27,692 nt of DNA, taken from positions 1 to 27,692 of IMG/VR virus record IMGVR_UViG_3300033475_000127; one strand, written 5' to 3'. The stretch's first letter is position 1, and every line of letters starts with the position of its first letter. Position numbers and translations under genes: made by a program. Positions 15,541 through 23,798 of the stretch are shown piece after piece. This stretch comes from a virus (taxonomy: Duplodnaviria > Caudoviricetes). The notes below the pieces were generated by a model. It did not search any database, had not been told where the DNA came from, and saw nothing but the letters and a program-made list of their open reading frames with translations.

Positions 15541-16225
15541 GACGATCAAGCCCGAGTTCTGGACTGGCGAGCAGGTGATGGAGTGCACTCCCATCGCCCG
15601 CCTGCTCTTCATCGGCCTGTGGAACTTTTGCGACGATGCCGGCCGGCATCCCATGACGCCGCGCCAGATCAAGGCGCTCGTCTTCCCGTCTGATGACTTC
15701 ACTGTCGAGAACATTCAGGAAATGCTCGACGAGCTTTCGTCGAACGGCCTGATAAAGCCGTATGTGGTCGGAGGAAAAGACTATTTCGAAGTGACCGGCT
15801 GGCGTCACCAGAAGATCGATCGGCCTCAATCGCCGAAGTATCCCGCCCCAATCGCCGATCATTCTCCGAATCCTCGCGACGGAAAGGATGAGGGAAGGGA
15901 TGAGGTAGAGGAAGAGGATCAAACTTCCGAAACTATCGTTTCGGGCGCCGAAGCGCCGACAGTCGAAAATGTCGTTCCGATCGACGCCAAGACTGCGCTG
16001 TTCCGGGATGGGCTGCGTACCCTGTCGGCTATCAGCGGGCGGCCGGAAGGAACGCTCCGGAGCATCATTGGAAAATGGCTGAAGCTTGCTGGCGATGATT
16101 GCGCCGCGGTTCACGCTGCTATCAACCGAGCTCGCGACCAACGGGTGATCGAGCCGATTGCCTGGATCGAAAAGGCGCTCAAGCCGGCCGACCCCGACGC
16201 AGCCATTTACCGCGGGGTGTTGTGA
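15527..16225 (+). CDS. phage replication initiator (O-analogue)
   Basis: MARIRTIKPEFW...ARLLFIGLWNFCDDAGR...W..HQKIDRP; directly upstream of the primase-helicase. Confidence 0.75.
   Translation: MARIRTIKPEFWTGEQVMECTPIARLLFIGLWNFCDDAGRHPMTPRQIKALVFPSDDFTVENIQEMLDELSSNGLIKPYVVGGKDYFEVTGWRHQKIDRPQSPKYPAPIADHSPNPRDGKDEGRDEVEEEDQTSETIVSGAEAPTVENVVPIDAKTALFRDGLRTLSAISGRPEGTLRSIIGKWLKLAGDDCAAVHAAINRARDQRVIEPIAWIEKALKPADPDAAIYRGVL
15827..15919. repeat. putative iterons/replication origin inside the initiator gene
   Basis: CAATCGCCGA (15827, 15849) and CATTCTCCGA (15860) on an 11-bp phase, followed by a purine-rich tract at 15881-15919. Confidence 0.4.
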
Positions 16226-18045
16226 TGGCCGATATTATCGAGATCAAACGCTTGTTGGCGGCATCGGCCCAGGCAGTGGCGGAAATGCTGCTGCCGGGAG
16301 GCCGGCGCGAACAGCAGGAATGGCGGGCGGGCTCGACGGCGGGTGACAAAGGTCAATCCCTCGGCGTGCATCTGTCCGGCGCCAAGGCCGGTGTCTGGAC
16401 TGACTTTGCGACCGGCGAAGGCGGCGACCTGCTGGACCTCTGGTGCATAGCTCGTGGGGTGTCGCTCTCCGAGGCTTTGGAGCAGGCGCGGAAGTGGCTT
16501 GGCGTTGAGCGGCCGGTCGCCTATGGCGGCAATGATCGGGTGGAATATACCCGGCCGCCCAAGCCCACCTGCAAGGCCCCGGAAGGCCGCGTTCGCGACT
16601 ATCTGATGCAGGATCGCAATATTCCCGAATCGATCCTCACCAAGTACAAGATCGCCGCATTCGGGGACGAGATCATTTTCCCGTACCTGCTGCCTGATGG
16701 CGTGCTTGCGCTGGCCAAGGCGCGCAAGGCGGAAGCCGGCGCCTCGCCGAAGCCGACCGCGGCGAACTGCGAACCGATCCTGTTCGGCTGGCAGGCCGTC
16801 CCACCCGATGCCCGCGACCTCATCATCACCGAGGGCGAGATCGACGCGCTTTCATGGGCGGCTTACGGCTATGTCGCCATGTCGGTGCCGTTCGGCGGCG
16901 GCAAGGGCGGCAAGCAAAAGTGGATCGAAAACGAGTTCGATCGCCTCGAGCGGTTCGAGCAGATTTTCATCTCTACCGATATGGACAAGGTGGGCGAGGA
17001 GGCCGCGGAGGAAATCGCTTCGCGCCTTGGCCGGCATCGTTGCTACCGCGTGTCGCTGCCGCTGAAAGACGCAAACGAATGCTTGGTTGCGGGTCTTCCG
17101 CAAGAGGAGATGGACGCCGCGCTGCGCAACGCGGCCAATCTCGACCCGGAGGGGCTGCACAGTCCGTCCCACTACGCCGAAGCCGTTGGCGCCCTGTACT
17201 ACCCAAATCCAGAGGTACGCCAAGGCTACACCGTCCCCTATGGCAAGCTTGAGGGGAAAATCGAGTTCAAGCCCGGCGACATGACGCTTTGGACCGGCGC
17301 GACCGGCTCGGGCAAATCGCAAATCCTGTCCGACTGCTGCCCGCACTGGATTACCGAGGGCGCCCGGATCTGCATGGCGAGTTTCGAAATGACGCCGCCC
17401 CAGACCCTTCGCCGTATGGTCAAGCAGGCTGGAAACGTCGATCGCCCGACGATGGAATATCTGCGGGCTGTGCTCGAATACCTCGATAACGGCATGATGC
17501 TTTACGAAAAGGTCGGCAAGAGCGGGGTCGGGCCGCTGCTTGAAATCTTCGACTATGCCCGCGCCAAGTACGGTTGCGACATGTTCATCATCGACAGCCT
17601 AATGCGCCTTGGCATCGCCTCAGATGACTATGCCGGGCAGGAAAAGGCCGTCTTCCAGATCGTTGATTGGACCCTTCAGCACAAGGTCCACACCCATCTG
17701 GTTGCCCACGCCAGGAAGGCAGAAAAGGGCGCTGGCGTTCCCGAATCCGAGGACGTGAAGGGCGCCTCTGAAATTTCCAGCAACGCGGCGAACATCATCG
17801 CTGTTTGGCGGAATAAGCGCCTCGAGGATGAGATCCAAGTCGCCGAAAACGATGCCATCAAGCAAAGCCTCATGGATAAGCCCGGCGTCATCCTCAACGT
17901 GGCGAAGCAGCGAAACGGCGATTTCGAGGGCAAGGTCGGGCTCTGGTTCGACAAGGAAACCTACCGCTATGCGAGCTCGCATGACCGCGGCGCCCATGAC
18001 AGCCGGCGCTATCCGATCGAGTTCGACCGGAGGGACGCCGCATGA
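16225..18045 (+). CDS. primase-helicase (TOPRIM + SF4, T7 gp4/Twinkle-like; 606 aa)
   Basis: IITEGEIDALS, STDMD, KDANE; Walker A GATGSGKS, IIDSL, LVAH, KQRNG; TGATG overlap. Confidence 0.9.
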   Translation: MADIIEIKRLLAASAQAVAEMLLPGGRREQQEWRAGSTAGDKGQSLGVHLSGAKAGVWTDFATGEGGDLLDLWCIARGVSLSEALEQARKWLGVERPVAYGGNDRVEYTRPPKPTCKAPEGRVRDYLMQDRNIPESILTKYKIAAFGDEIIFPYLLPDGVLALAKARKAEAGASPKPTAANCEPILFGWQAVPPDARDLIITEGEIDALSWAAYGYVAMSVPFGGGKGGKQKWIENEFDRLERFEQIFISTDMDKVGEEAAEEIASRLGRHRCYRVSLPLKDANECLVAGLPQEEMDAALRNAANLDPEGLHSPSHYAEAVGALYYPNPEVRQGYTVPYGKLEGKIEFKPGDMTLWTGATGSGKSQILSDCCPHWITEGARICMASFEMTPPQTLRRMVKQAGNVDRPTMEYLRAVLEYLDNGMMLYEKVGKSGVGPLLEIFDYARAKYGCDMFIIDSLMRLGIASDDYAGQEKAVFQIVDWTLQHKVHTHLVAHARKAEKGAGVPESEDVKGASEISSNAANIIAVWRNKRLEDEIQVAENDAIKQSLMDKPGVILNVAKQRNGDFEGKVGLWFDKETYRYASSHDRGAHDSRRYPIEFDRRDAA

Positions 18046-18266
18046 TGCCTTACGTTCTCAGAAGGTCGGGCCCGAATTTCCTCAACAAGGCCGGCGCGAC
18101 GGTAGAGCCCCGCGCCCTTATAGGCACCTGCGAGGACTGCGGCTCTCCCGCTCCCTTTGGCCTCACCAAGAACGGCAAGACGCTGGCTTACTGCGGCTGG
18201 GCGAACAACGAACCGGTCTGCAAGCGTAGTGCCTCCCATCCATCCAAATCGGAGAAAGCAGCGTGA
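18042..18266 (+). CDS. small Cys-containing hypothetical protein
   Basis: CEDCG..APFG...YC; ATGA overlap. Confidence 0.55.
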   Translation: MMPYVLRRSGPNFLNKAGATVEPRALIGTCEDCGSPAPFGLTKNGKTLAYCGWANNEPVCKRSASHPSKSEKAA

Positions 18267-18547
18267 GCGACAGCATGGTTGAGCGTGTGGCGAAGGCGAT
18301 AGCCCACGCAGAGGGCGATGACTATTACGAAAGCTCGCGTTTCTTCGAGAAGGCGGCGCTGGCGGCGATTGCAGAGATGCGAGAGCCGACCGAGGAGATG
18401 AAGGCGCAGGCCGAGGCGACGTCGGGAAAGTTGTTTGGCGAAGAATGCATGGATCTTGGCGCGGCGCTCTGGCCAAGCGTCGACAAGGTCTACAGCGCCA
18501 TGATCGACGCCGCTCTCCATTCCACAGAACAGAAGGGGACGACATGA
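18263..18547 (+). CDS. conserved phage hypothetical protein
   Basis: MVERVAKAI...AAI..MREPT.EM...Y.AMIDAAL motif. Confidence 0.7.
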   Translation: MSDSMVERVAKAIAHAEGDDYYESSRFFEKAALAAIAEMREPTEEMKAQAEATSGKLFGEECMDLGAALWPSVDKVYSAMIDAALHSTEQKGTT

Positions 18548-18732
18548 ACACACCAGCATCCATCAAAGCCGAAGTAGCGAGGGAAAGCCTGAAGCGGAAA
18601 GCCGCAGAGGAGTTGTACGAAGCGCTCGTACAACTGATCGCCATGGCCTCGCACACTCCGGGAGACGGAATGCGCAAGGCTATCGACACGGGCAACAAAG
18701 CGCTCCGGAAGGCGAGGGGAGAGGCGGCATGA
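18544..18732 (+). CDS. hypothetical protein
   Basis: ATGA overlaps; AA.ELYEAL...AL.KARGE motif. Confidence 0.6.
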   Translation: MNTPASIKAEVARESLKRKAAEELYEALVQLIAMASHTPGDGMRKAIDTGNKALRKARGEAA

Positions 18733-19034
18733 AGATCAAGGGCGCCGAACTGCAGCAGTTCACCGAAGAGGCGTGGCCTGGGGAAGATTGGTATTGGGAT
18801 CACGGCCTGTTCGATGAGCCGGATCTGGACGAGACCTATGAGACCGACGATGTCGGGCCTATCCTGTACCAGGGGCTCGGCGACGACCCGAGCGGCGGCA
18901 AAGGCTACGACCTCGGCGCCCTCATCCGCAAATGGCGCAAGGCACGCGACTTCGATCAGTTCACCATCCAAGTGAAGAAGCCGGATGTCGAGCGCGTTCG
19001 CGCCGCTCTGCTGGGCGTCGGCATCAAGATTTAG
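18729..19034 (+). CDS. hypothetical protein
   Basis: ATGA overlap, GGAGAGG RBS. Confidence 0.6.
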   Translation: MKIKGAELQQFTEEAWPGEDWYWDHGLFDEPDLDETYETDDVGPILYQGLGDDPSGGKGYDLGALIRKWRKARDFDQFTIQVKKPDVERVRAALLGVGIKI

Positions 19035-19040
19035 CAACCC

Positions 19041-19366
19041 GCGTCGTCTGGGAGGAACGGCGCAGACACATAGGCAAAACCACAAGGGGCAAGACGAGAT
19101 GATTGGCGTGAGTTTTGGCTGGGGCGCTCCGGACTATGAACATTGGGGAGCGAGGATGCAGGTCGAGCGCGATCTTCGTCCTCGCCTGCCAAACGGCGGC
19201 CTGCAGGATCTATACCGCCTGAGGAGCTACGAGCTGGCGAAACTTGCCACCAAGCATGGCGTCGATGCTTCGGTGCTCCAGCCGTATGCCGCGGAGCAGC
19301 TTCGCAACGAACGGCGCATGACCTGACTATCGAAGACTGAATCGTGCCGGCTGGGAGGACCGGCGC
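19041..19366 (+). repeat. two copies of a 7-bp-stem hairpin with loop CTGGGAGGA (19041-19063, 19344-19366)
   Basis: GCGTCGT-CTGGGAGGA-ACGGCGC and GTGCCGG-CTGGGAGGA-CCGGCGC; stems differ but stay paired. Confidence 0.75.
19099..19326 (+). CDS. hypothetical protein
   Basis: MIGVSFGWGAPDYEHWG...; lies between the two hairpin copies. Confidence 0.55.
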   Translation: MIGVSFGWGAPDYEHWGARMQVERDLRPRLPNGGLQDLYRLRSYELAKLATKHGVDASVLQPYAAEQLRNERRMT

Positions 19367-19390
19367 ATCAACGGAGAAGGGGTATAGAGC

Positions 19391-20011
19391 ATGGGTCGTA
19401 AACGCAGCATCGGGAAACGCGAGCCGAACGGTCGCCTGTCGCGCAAGCCTGAGGACCAGGGCGCTCGGCAGGTGAAGACATTCCTCGAAAAGCAGCGCCA
19501 GCTTGAACAGGCGGAACGTGACGCGATCGAGCCGGGTCTTGCCGCACGCGTTCGGATCTGGGGCGTGAAGCCGTCCGATAGTCGGTCGCAAATGGCGGGA
19601 TCGTTCGTCGGCCGGCTATGCCTTAGCGGTGAAATCAGCCGCGCGCAGTATGACGCGCTCTTAGCGTACCAGGATGACTGCGTTGCCTACCGGCAGGCGA
19701 TTGACTCGCCGCGAGGTTCGCCTTCAGCAGTCAACCTAAACGCCACTCATGGGCGCTCGCGGTCCCCGGCGGACGATGAGCAGTTCGTGGCACGCGCTAC
19801 AGAGCGCTATATTGGATCAGACAAGAAGGGCGGCGTATGCCGTGCCATCCAAGATAAACAGTGCGAGGTCGGAATGACGGCAAACCTTTGGGCCGCTCTC
19901 AGCCTGTGTGTCATGGAGGACAAGGACTTGCCGCACATGGTGGGCGAGCTGCGTGTCGCTGCGAATGCGCTCGGGAAGCACTACAAGCTGGATAGGAGGG
20001 ATGCAGCGTGA
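19391..20011 (+). CDS. putative late-gene regulator (Q position)
   Basis: GRKR..GKREPNGRLSR...GRL.L.G.IS..QY.A...L..HY pattern seen in alphaproteobacterial phages; last large gene before the late promoter. Confidence 0.55.
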   Translation: MGRKRSIGKREPNGRLSRKPEDQGARQVKTFLEKQRQLEQAERDAIEPGLAARVRIWGVKPSDSRSQMAGSFVGRLCLSGEISRAQYDALLAYQDDCVAYRQAIDSPRGSPSAVNLNATHGRSRSPADDEQFVARATERYIGSDKKGGVCRAIQDKQCEVGMTANLWAALSLCVMEDKDLPHMVGELRVAANALGKHYKLDRRDAA

Positions 20012-20250
20012 GCAAGGTGGTTGATGATGAATTCTGCGGAGTTCCCGTTTCGCGCGGACAGTCCGCCGCACGCTCGGCGCCGAAAGGTGACGCCATGGAG
20101 ATCGCGCGCCGCTTCATGGCGATGAGCGACATCGACATGGCGAATGCCATAGCCAACGAGGTTACCGGCCGATATGCGCAAGGAAGTAAATTCTACAGTG
20201 AGATGAGGTGCTTGGCGAAGGCTGTGTTAGACGAGAGATTTAACCCGTAA
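20008..20250 (+). CDS. hypothetical protein
   Basis: GTGA overlap. Confidence 0.5.
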   Translation: MSKVVDDEFCGVPVSRGQSAARSAPKGDAMEIARRFMAMSDIDMANAIANEVTGRYAQGSKFYSEMRCLAKAVLDERFNP

Positions 20251-20265
20251 CCATTCGGCTCTCTA

Positions 20266-20294
20266 TTGACCGAGTAGGCAAATCACGGTACGTC
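20266..20294 (+). promoter_or_regulatory. putative late promoter (PR'-like)
   Basis: TTGACC-17 bp-TACGTC in an AT-richer intergenic region. Confidence 0.55.
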
Positions 20295-20324
20295 ATTAAT
20301 CACAGCATCGGACTCCCGTCCTTC

Positions 20325-20365
20325 GGGCCCCGTTGAGCAAATCGCTCCGGGGCCTTTCCATTTCC
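20325..20365 (+). terminator. terminator-like hairpin after the late promoter
   Basis: GGGCCCCG..GAGC-AAATC-GCTC-CGGGGCCT followed by TTCCATTTCC. Confidence 0.5.
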
Positions 20366-20384
20366 AGCACATCGTGAGTTCGCA

Positions 20385-20708
20385 ATGGCAACGCTCTACG
20401 TGACAGAGTTCCGTGGCATTGGCCAGGAGCCCGCGCTCCGCACGTGGGGCAATGGGCCCGCATTGATGCAGTTCGCCCAACAGCCTCCTGTTGCCGAGCA
20501 GACGGTTGCTATAGGTGCCACCTCCGCTCAGTCGAATGCCTTCAACTCGGCGACAAACATGGTTCGCATTTCGACGGATGCGATCTGCTCTGTGCTGTTC
20601 GGCAACAATCCGACCGCGACGGCTGGAAGCGCGCGCATGGCCGCCGGTCAGACGGAATACTTCGCTGTTGGTCCCGGCATGAAGGTCGCGGTTATCACCA
20701 ACACCTAG
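20385..20708 (+). CDS. putative virion accessory protein
   Basis: Ala/Thr/Gly-rich, beta-type; first late gene. Confidence 0.55.
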   Translation: MATLYVTEFRGIGQEPALRTWGNGPALMQFAQQPPVAEQTVAIGATSAQSNAFNSATNMVRISTDAICSVLFGNNPTATAGSARMAAGQTEYFAVGPGMKVAVITNT

Positions 20709-20805
20709 CCCCTCCCTCATCATCGAACCTTTGCGCCCGGCAGAGTTGGCCTCTGCTGCCGGATGAACTTGCGCGTGTGACCGGCCAGAGCAGGAGAAAG
20801 CCGCA

Positions 20806-21168
20806 ATGGCTAACATCGTTACCGAGACCTTCGCGAGCGGCTTTCGCCTATTCGGGGGCGAGAAGTTCACGAACGCATTTCAGAAGATCAACAATGCCTT
20901 CAACGGGCTCGCCGCGATCGGCGCGCTTGTATCGACCGGCGGCATCACGGCGCTGAGCGCAACTGCGACCACGTCGGGCGGCGCGACGGTCGCCGGCATC
21001 AAGTTCGGCACTGACGGCCTTGGCGTTTATTTCGGCACCGGCACCCCGACCATCTCGGCCCCGCAGGGCTCCATCTATCTCAACAAGGCCGGCAATTCCA
21101 CGTCCAGCCGGCTCTTCGTGAATTCGAACGGCACGACCGGTTGGGTCGCTGTCACGACTGCAACCTGA
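20806..21168 (+). CDS. putative head fibre/decoration protein
   Basis: G.GTP...APQGSIYL...G.....LFVN..G.TGW, a motif I associate with fibre proteins; AGGAG RBS. Confidence 0.55.
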   Translation: MANIVTETFASGFRLFGGEKFTNAFQKINNAFNGLAAIGALVSTGGITALSATATTSGGATVAGIKFGTDGLGVYFGTGTPTISAPQGSIYLNKAGNSTSSRLFVNSNGTTGWVAVTTAT

Positions 21169-21206
21169 CCATTCCGTCACCCCCGTTCCGCTGAAAGGAC
21201 ACTCAC

Positions 21207-21782
21207 ATGTCTGGTCTTTACACCGTTGGCTGGCCGCTGCTGGCCAAGTTCTCCGGCCTTGAACAGCTTGCCCTAGATACTCAGAATGCCCAGGGCATTG
21301 CCCCGGAATCCGGCGCCGTCAGCCTCCAGGCCCTCGCTGCGGCGCTGCTCTACTTCGGCAACACCTCGAGCAAGACGACCGTCGCCGGCACGCGCTATTT
21401 CGTCAACGCCTCGTGGGGCACCTCGCAGACCCTCACCGGCATTGAAGTGCTGATCGGCTCTGTCGGCGGCACGGATAACTGGATTGTCGAGCTGCACGAC
21501 GCCAACGGCAACCTGCTCGCTACCTCGGCCACGGCCGGCACTCTTGCGGGCACGGCTGGTGCTTGGCAGCAGATCCCGTTCACCGCGCCGATCACCGTTC
21601 CGGCCGGCAACTACTTCCTCGTTCTCCAGTCGAACGGCACCACGGCGCACCCGGCGGTCTATAATTCCCCCACGTCGCCGCTGCTCACCGGCTCCGCTGC
21701 GGGCACCTTCGGCACTGGCGCTGCGATCACTCCGCCGACGACCTACACGGCCGCTGCTGGCCCCGTGGCCCTCCCGTACTGA
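21207..21782 (+). CDS. putative virion protein with beta-sandwich (DUF4082-like) region
   Basis: VELHDANGNLLATS...AWQQIPFTAPITVPAGNYFLV. Confidence 0.55.
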   Translation: MSGLYTVGWPLLAKFSGLEQLALDTQNAQGIAPESGAVSLQALAAALLYFGNTSSKTTVAGTRYFVNASWGTSQTLTGIEVLIGSVGGTDNWIVELHDANGNLLATSATAGTLAGTAGAWQQIPFTAPITVPAGNYFLVLQSNGTTAHPAVYNSPTSPLLTGSAAGTFGTGAAITPPTTYTAAAGPVALPY

Positions 21783-21804
21783 TTCCAAGCTTAGGGCTGT
21801 CCTG

Positions 21805-22056
21805 ATGAGATTCTTTGAGGTCTTTCAGGACGGCCCCGATCGCTCGTTTCGGGTCTATCACCCGGCCAACCCAGTGGCTTCCAACCGCTTCCTCGTTGTT
21901 GGCTCGCCGTTCGAAGTGAACACCCCCGGCAATACGCTGCTGACCACGAGCAAGATCGTGGATGCGCGGGGCGGTAGCTTCGACAGCGGCAAAGCGCAAC
22001 GCGGGCCGAACGAGCCTGAGAAGGATAGCCGCGGCAATCGCGTCTACTCCGACTGA
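21805..22056 (+). CDS. hypothetical protein
   Basis: MRFFEVFQDG...; ATG at 21805. Confidence 0.5.
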   Translation: MRFFEVFQDGPDRSFRVYHPANPVASNRFLVVGSPFEVNTPGNTLLTTSKIVDARGGSFDSGKAQRGPNEPEKDSRGNRVYSD

Positions 22057-22119
22057 GATTAGAACAATCGTGTCGTCAAATGCGACTGGCCTACCGGCTG
22101 GAAAGAATGGTTTTGCGCG

Positions 22120-22527
22120 ATGACCGATGAAACTGCCAATCCGGTAGGGCGTCCGACGGACTTCTACCCCGAACTCGGCGAACAGATCCTTGAGCGCATG
22201 GAAGATGGCCTATCTCTCGCCGCAGCAGCTGCGGACCTCGGCGTTCATCGCCAGCGGGTCTATGAGTGGGTGGAACGTCATCCCGAATTTGCGGACACTG
22301 TAAAGCTCGCGCAGGCCAAACGGCAGCTTTTCCTTGAGCGCCGGCTCATCTCTGCCGAGGTCGGGCCTGTCGTCACCTCCACCATTTTCGCCCTCAAGAA
22401 CGCCGGGCCCGACGATTGGCGCGACAAGCAAGAGCACGAGCTAAGTGGGAAGGGCGGCGGCCCAATCCAAACGGACAACCGGTTCGAAATCGTGCTCGTG
22501 CGGCCTGACGCTAAGCCGGCCGAATAG
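22120..22527 (+). CDS. terS: terminase small subunit
   Basis: GRPTDFYPE...GLSL...VYEW...HPEF...IFALKN...W.DKQE.ELSG..GGPI; immediately upstream of terL. Confidence 0.85.
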   Translation: MTDETANPVGRPTDFYPELGEQILERMEDGLSLAAAAADLGVHRQRVYEWVERHPEFADTVKLAQAKRQLFLERRLISAEVGPVVTSTIFALKNAGPDDWRDKQEHELSGKGGGPIQTDNRFEIVLVRPDAKPAE

Positions 22528-22532
22528 CCGAG

Positions 22533-23798
22533 ATGAAGGCGGAGTTTCCTGAGCGTCTTGGGTTCCTGTTCGAGCCCAAGCGATACAAGGTCATTTATGG
22601 CGGCCGCGGCGGCGCAAAGTCATGGGGCATTGCTCGCGCCCTGCTGATCATGGGCGCCCAGCGGCCGTTGCGCATCCTCTGCGCCCGTGAGTTTCAGAAC
22701 TCGATCCAGGACAGCGTGCTCAAGCTGCTGGCGGATCAGATCGCCGACCTTGGCCTAGCCGATGTCTACGAGGTCCAAAAGACCACGATCCTCGGGGCGA
22801 ACGGAACGGAGTTCATCTTCTCCGGGCTGCGGCACAACGTCGATAGCCTGAAATCGAAAGAAGGCATCGACATCGTCTGGGTGGAAGAGGCGCAAAACGT
22901 CTCCGCCTACTCGTGGGACAAGCTGGTGCCGACGATCCGTAAGAACGGGTCGGAAATCTGGGTGAGCTTCAACCCGGAGCTTGAGAGCGACGAGACCTAT
23001 CAGCGGTTCGTCGTCAACAACCCAACTGACTCGATCGTGGTCAAGATTGGTTGGGAGCATAATCCTTGGTTCCCCGAAGTGCTCCGGCACGAAATGGAGG
23101 ACCTGAAGGCCCGCAATCCTGATGCGTGGCTGAACGTTTGGGAAGGGCATTGCCGGCAAACGCTCGACGGCGCGATCTACGCGACCGAGCTGCGAGAGGC
23201 AGAAGCGGCCAACCGTATCTGCAATGTGCCGTATGACGCCAGCAAGCCCGTCAGCGTGTTTTGTGACCTCGGATGGGCCGACCATACGTCGCTATGGTTC
23301 GTGCAGCGCATCGGCCTCGAATACCGCGTGTTGAGGGCGGTGCAGGACCGGCAAAAGCCATGGCCGCATTACCTGCAATTGATCCAGTCCTTCGGGTACG
23401 TGATCGAGGGCATTTGGCTGCCGCACGATGCTCAGGCGCATCAGCTTGGCACCGGCAAGAGCATTGAGGAAATCACCCGGGCAACAGGCTTACCGGTTCG
23501 TATCGTGCCGAACCTCTCGGTTGAGGACGGCATCAACGCGCTGCGCACCACGTTCCCGCAAGTCTGGTGGGACAAGACGAATTGCGCGGATGGGCTGAAC
23601 GCTCTGCGCCACTATCGATACGAAGTCGACCCGGTGACCGGCCAATTCAGCCGGAAGCCGCTCCATGACGATGCGTCGCACTATGCCGATGGCGCTCGGT
23701 ATTTCGCCGTTGGGATGAGGGAAGGGGCCAAGACCGTGAAGCTCAAAGCCCCGTCCCTTCGTGTTCAGTCCGGCTCCCAAGGTTGGATGGCTCTATGA
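22533..23798 (+). CDS. terL: terminase large subunit (PBSX family)
   Basis: YGGRGGAKS Walker A, CARE, WVEEA Walker B, SFNP, DLG and H.AD nuclease motifs. Confidence 0.95.
   Translation: MKAEFPERLGFLFEPKRYKVIYGGRGGAKSWGIARALLIMGAQRPLRILCAREFQNSIQDSVLKLLADQIADLGLADVYEVQKTTILGANGTEFIFSGLRHNVDSLKSKEGIDIVWVEEAQNVSAYSWDKLVPTIRKNGSEIWVSFNPELESDETYQRFVVNNPTDSIVVKIGWEHNPWFPEVLRHEMEDLKARNPDAWLNVWEGHCRQTLDGAIYATELREAEAANRICNVPYDASKPVSVFCDLGWADHTSLWFVQRIGLEYRVLRAVQDRQKPWPHYLQLIQSFGYVIEGIWLPHDAQAHQLGTGKSIEEITRATGLPVRIVPNLSVEDGINALRTTFPQVWWDKTNCADGLNALRHYRYEVDPVTGQFSRKPLHDDASHYADGARYFAVGMREGAKTVKLKAPSLRVQSGSQGWMAL

Noticed and set aside
20240-20254. CtrA box upstream of the late promoter
   Set aside because: TTAA-N7-CCAT lacks the second TTAA half-site
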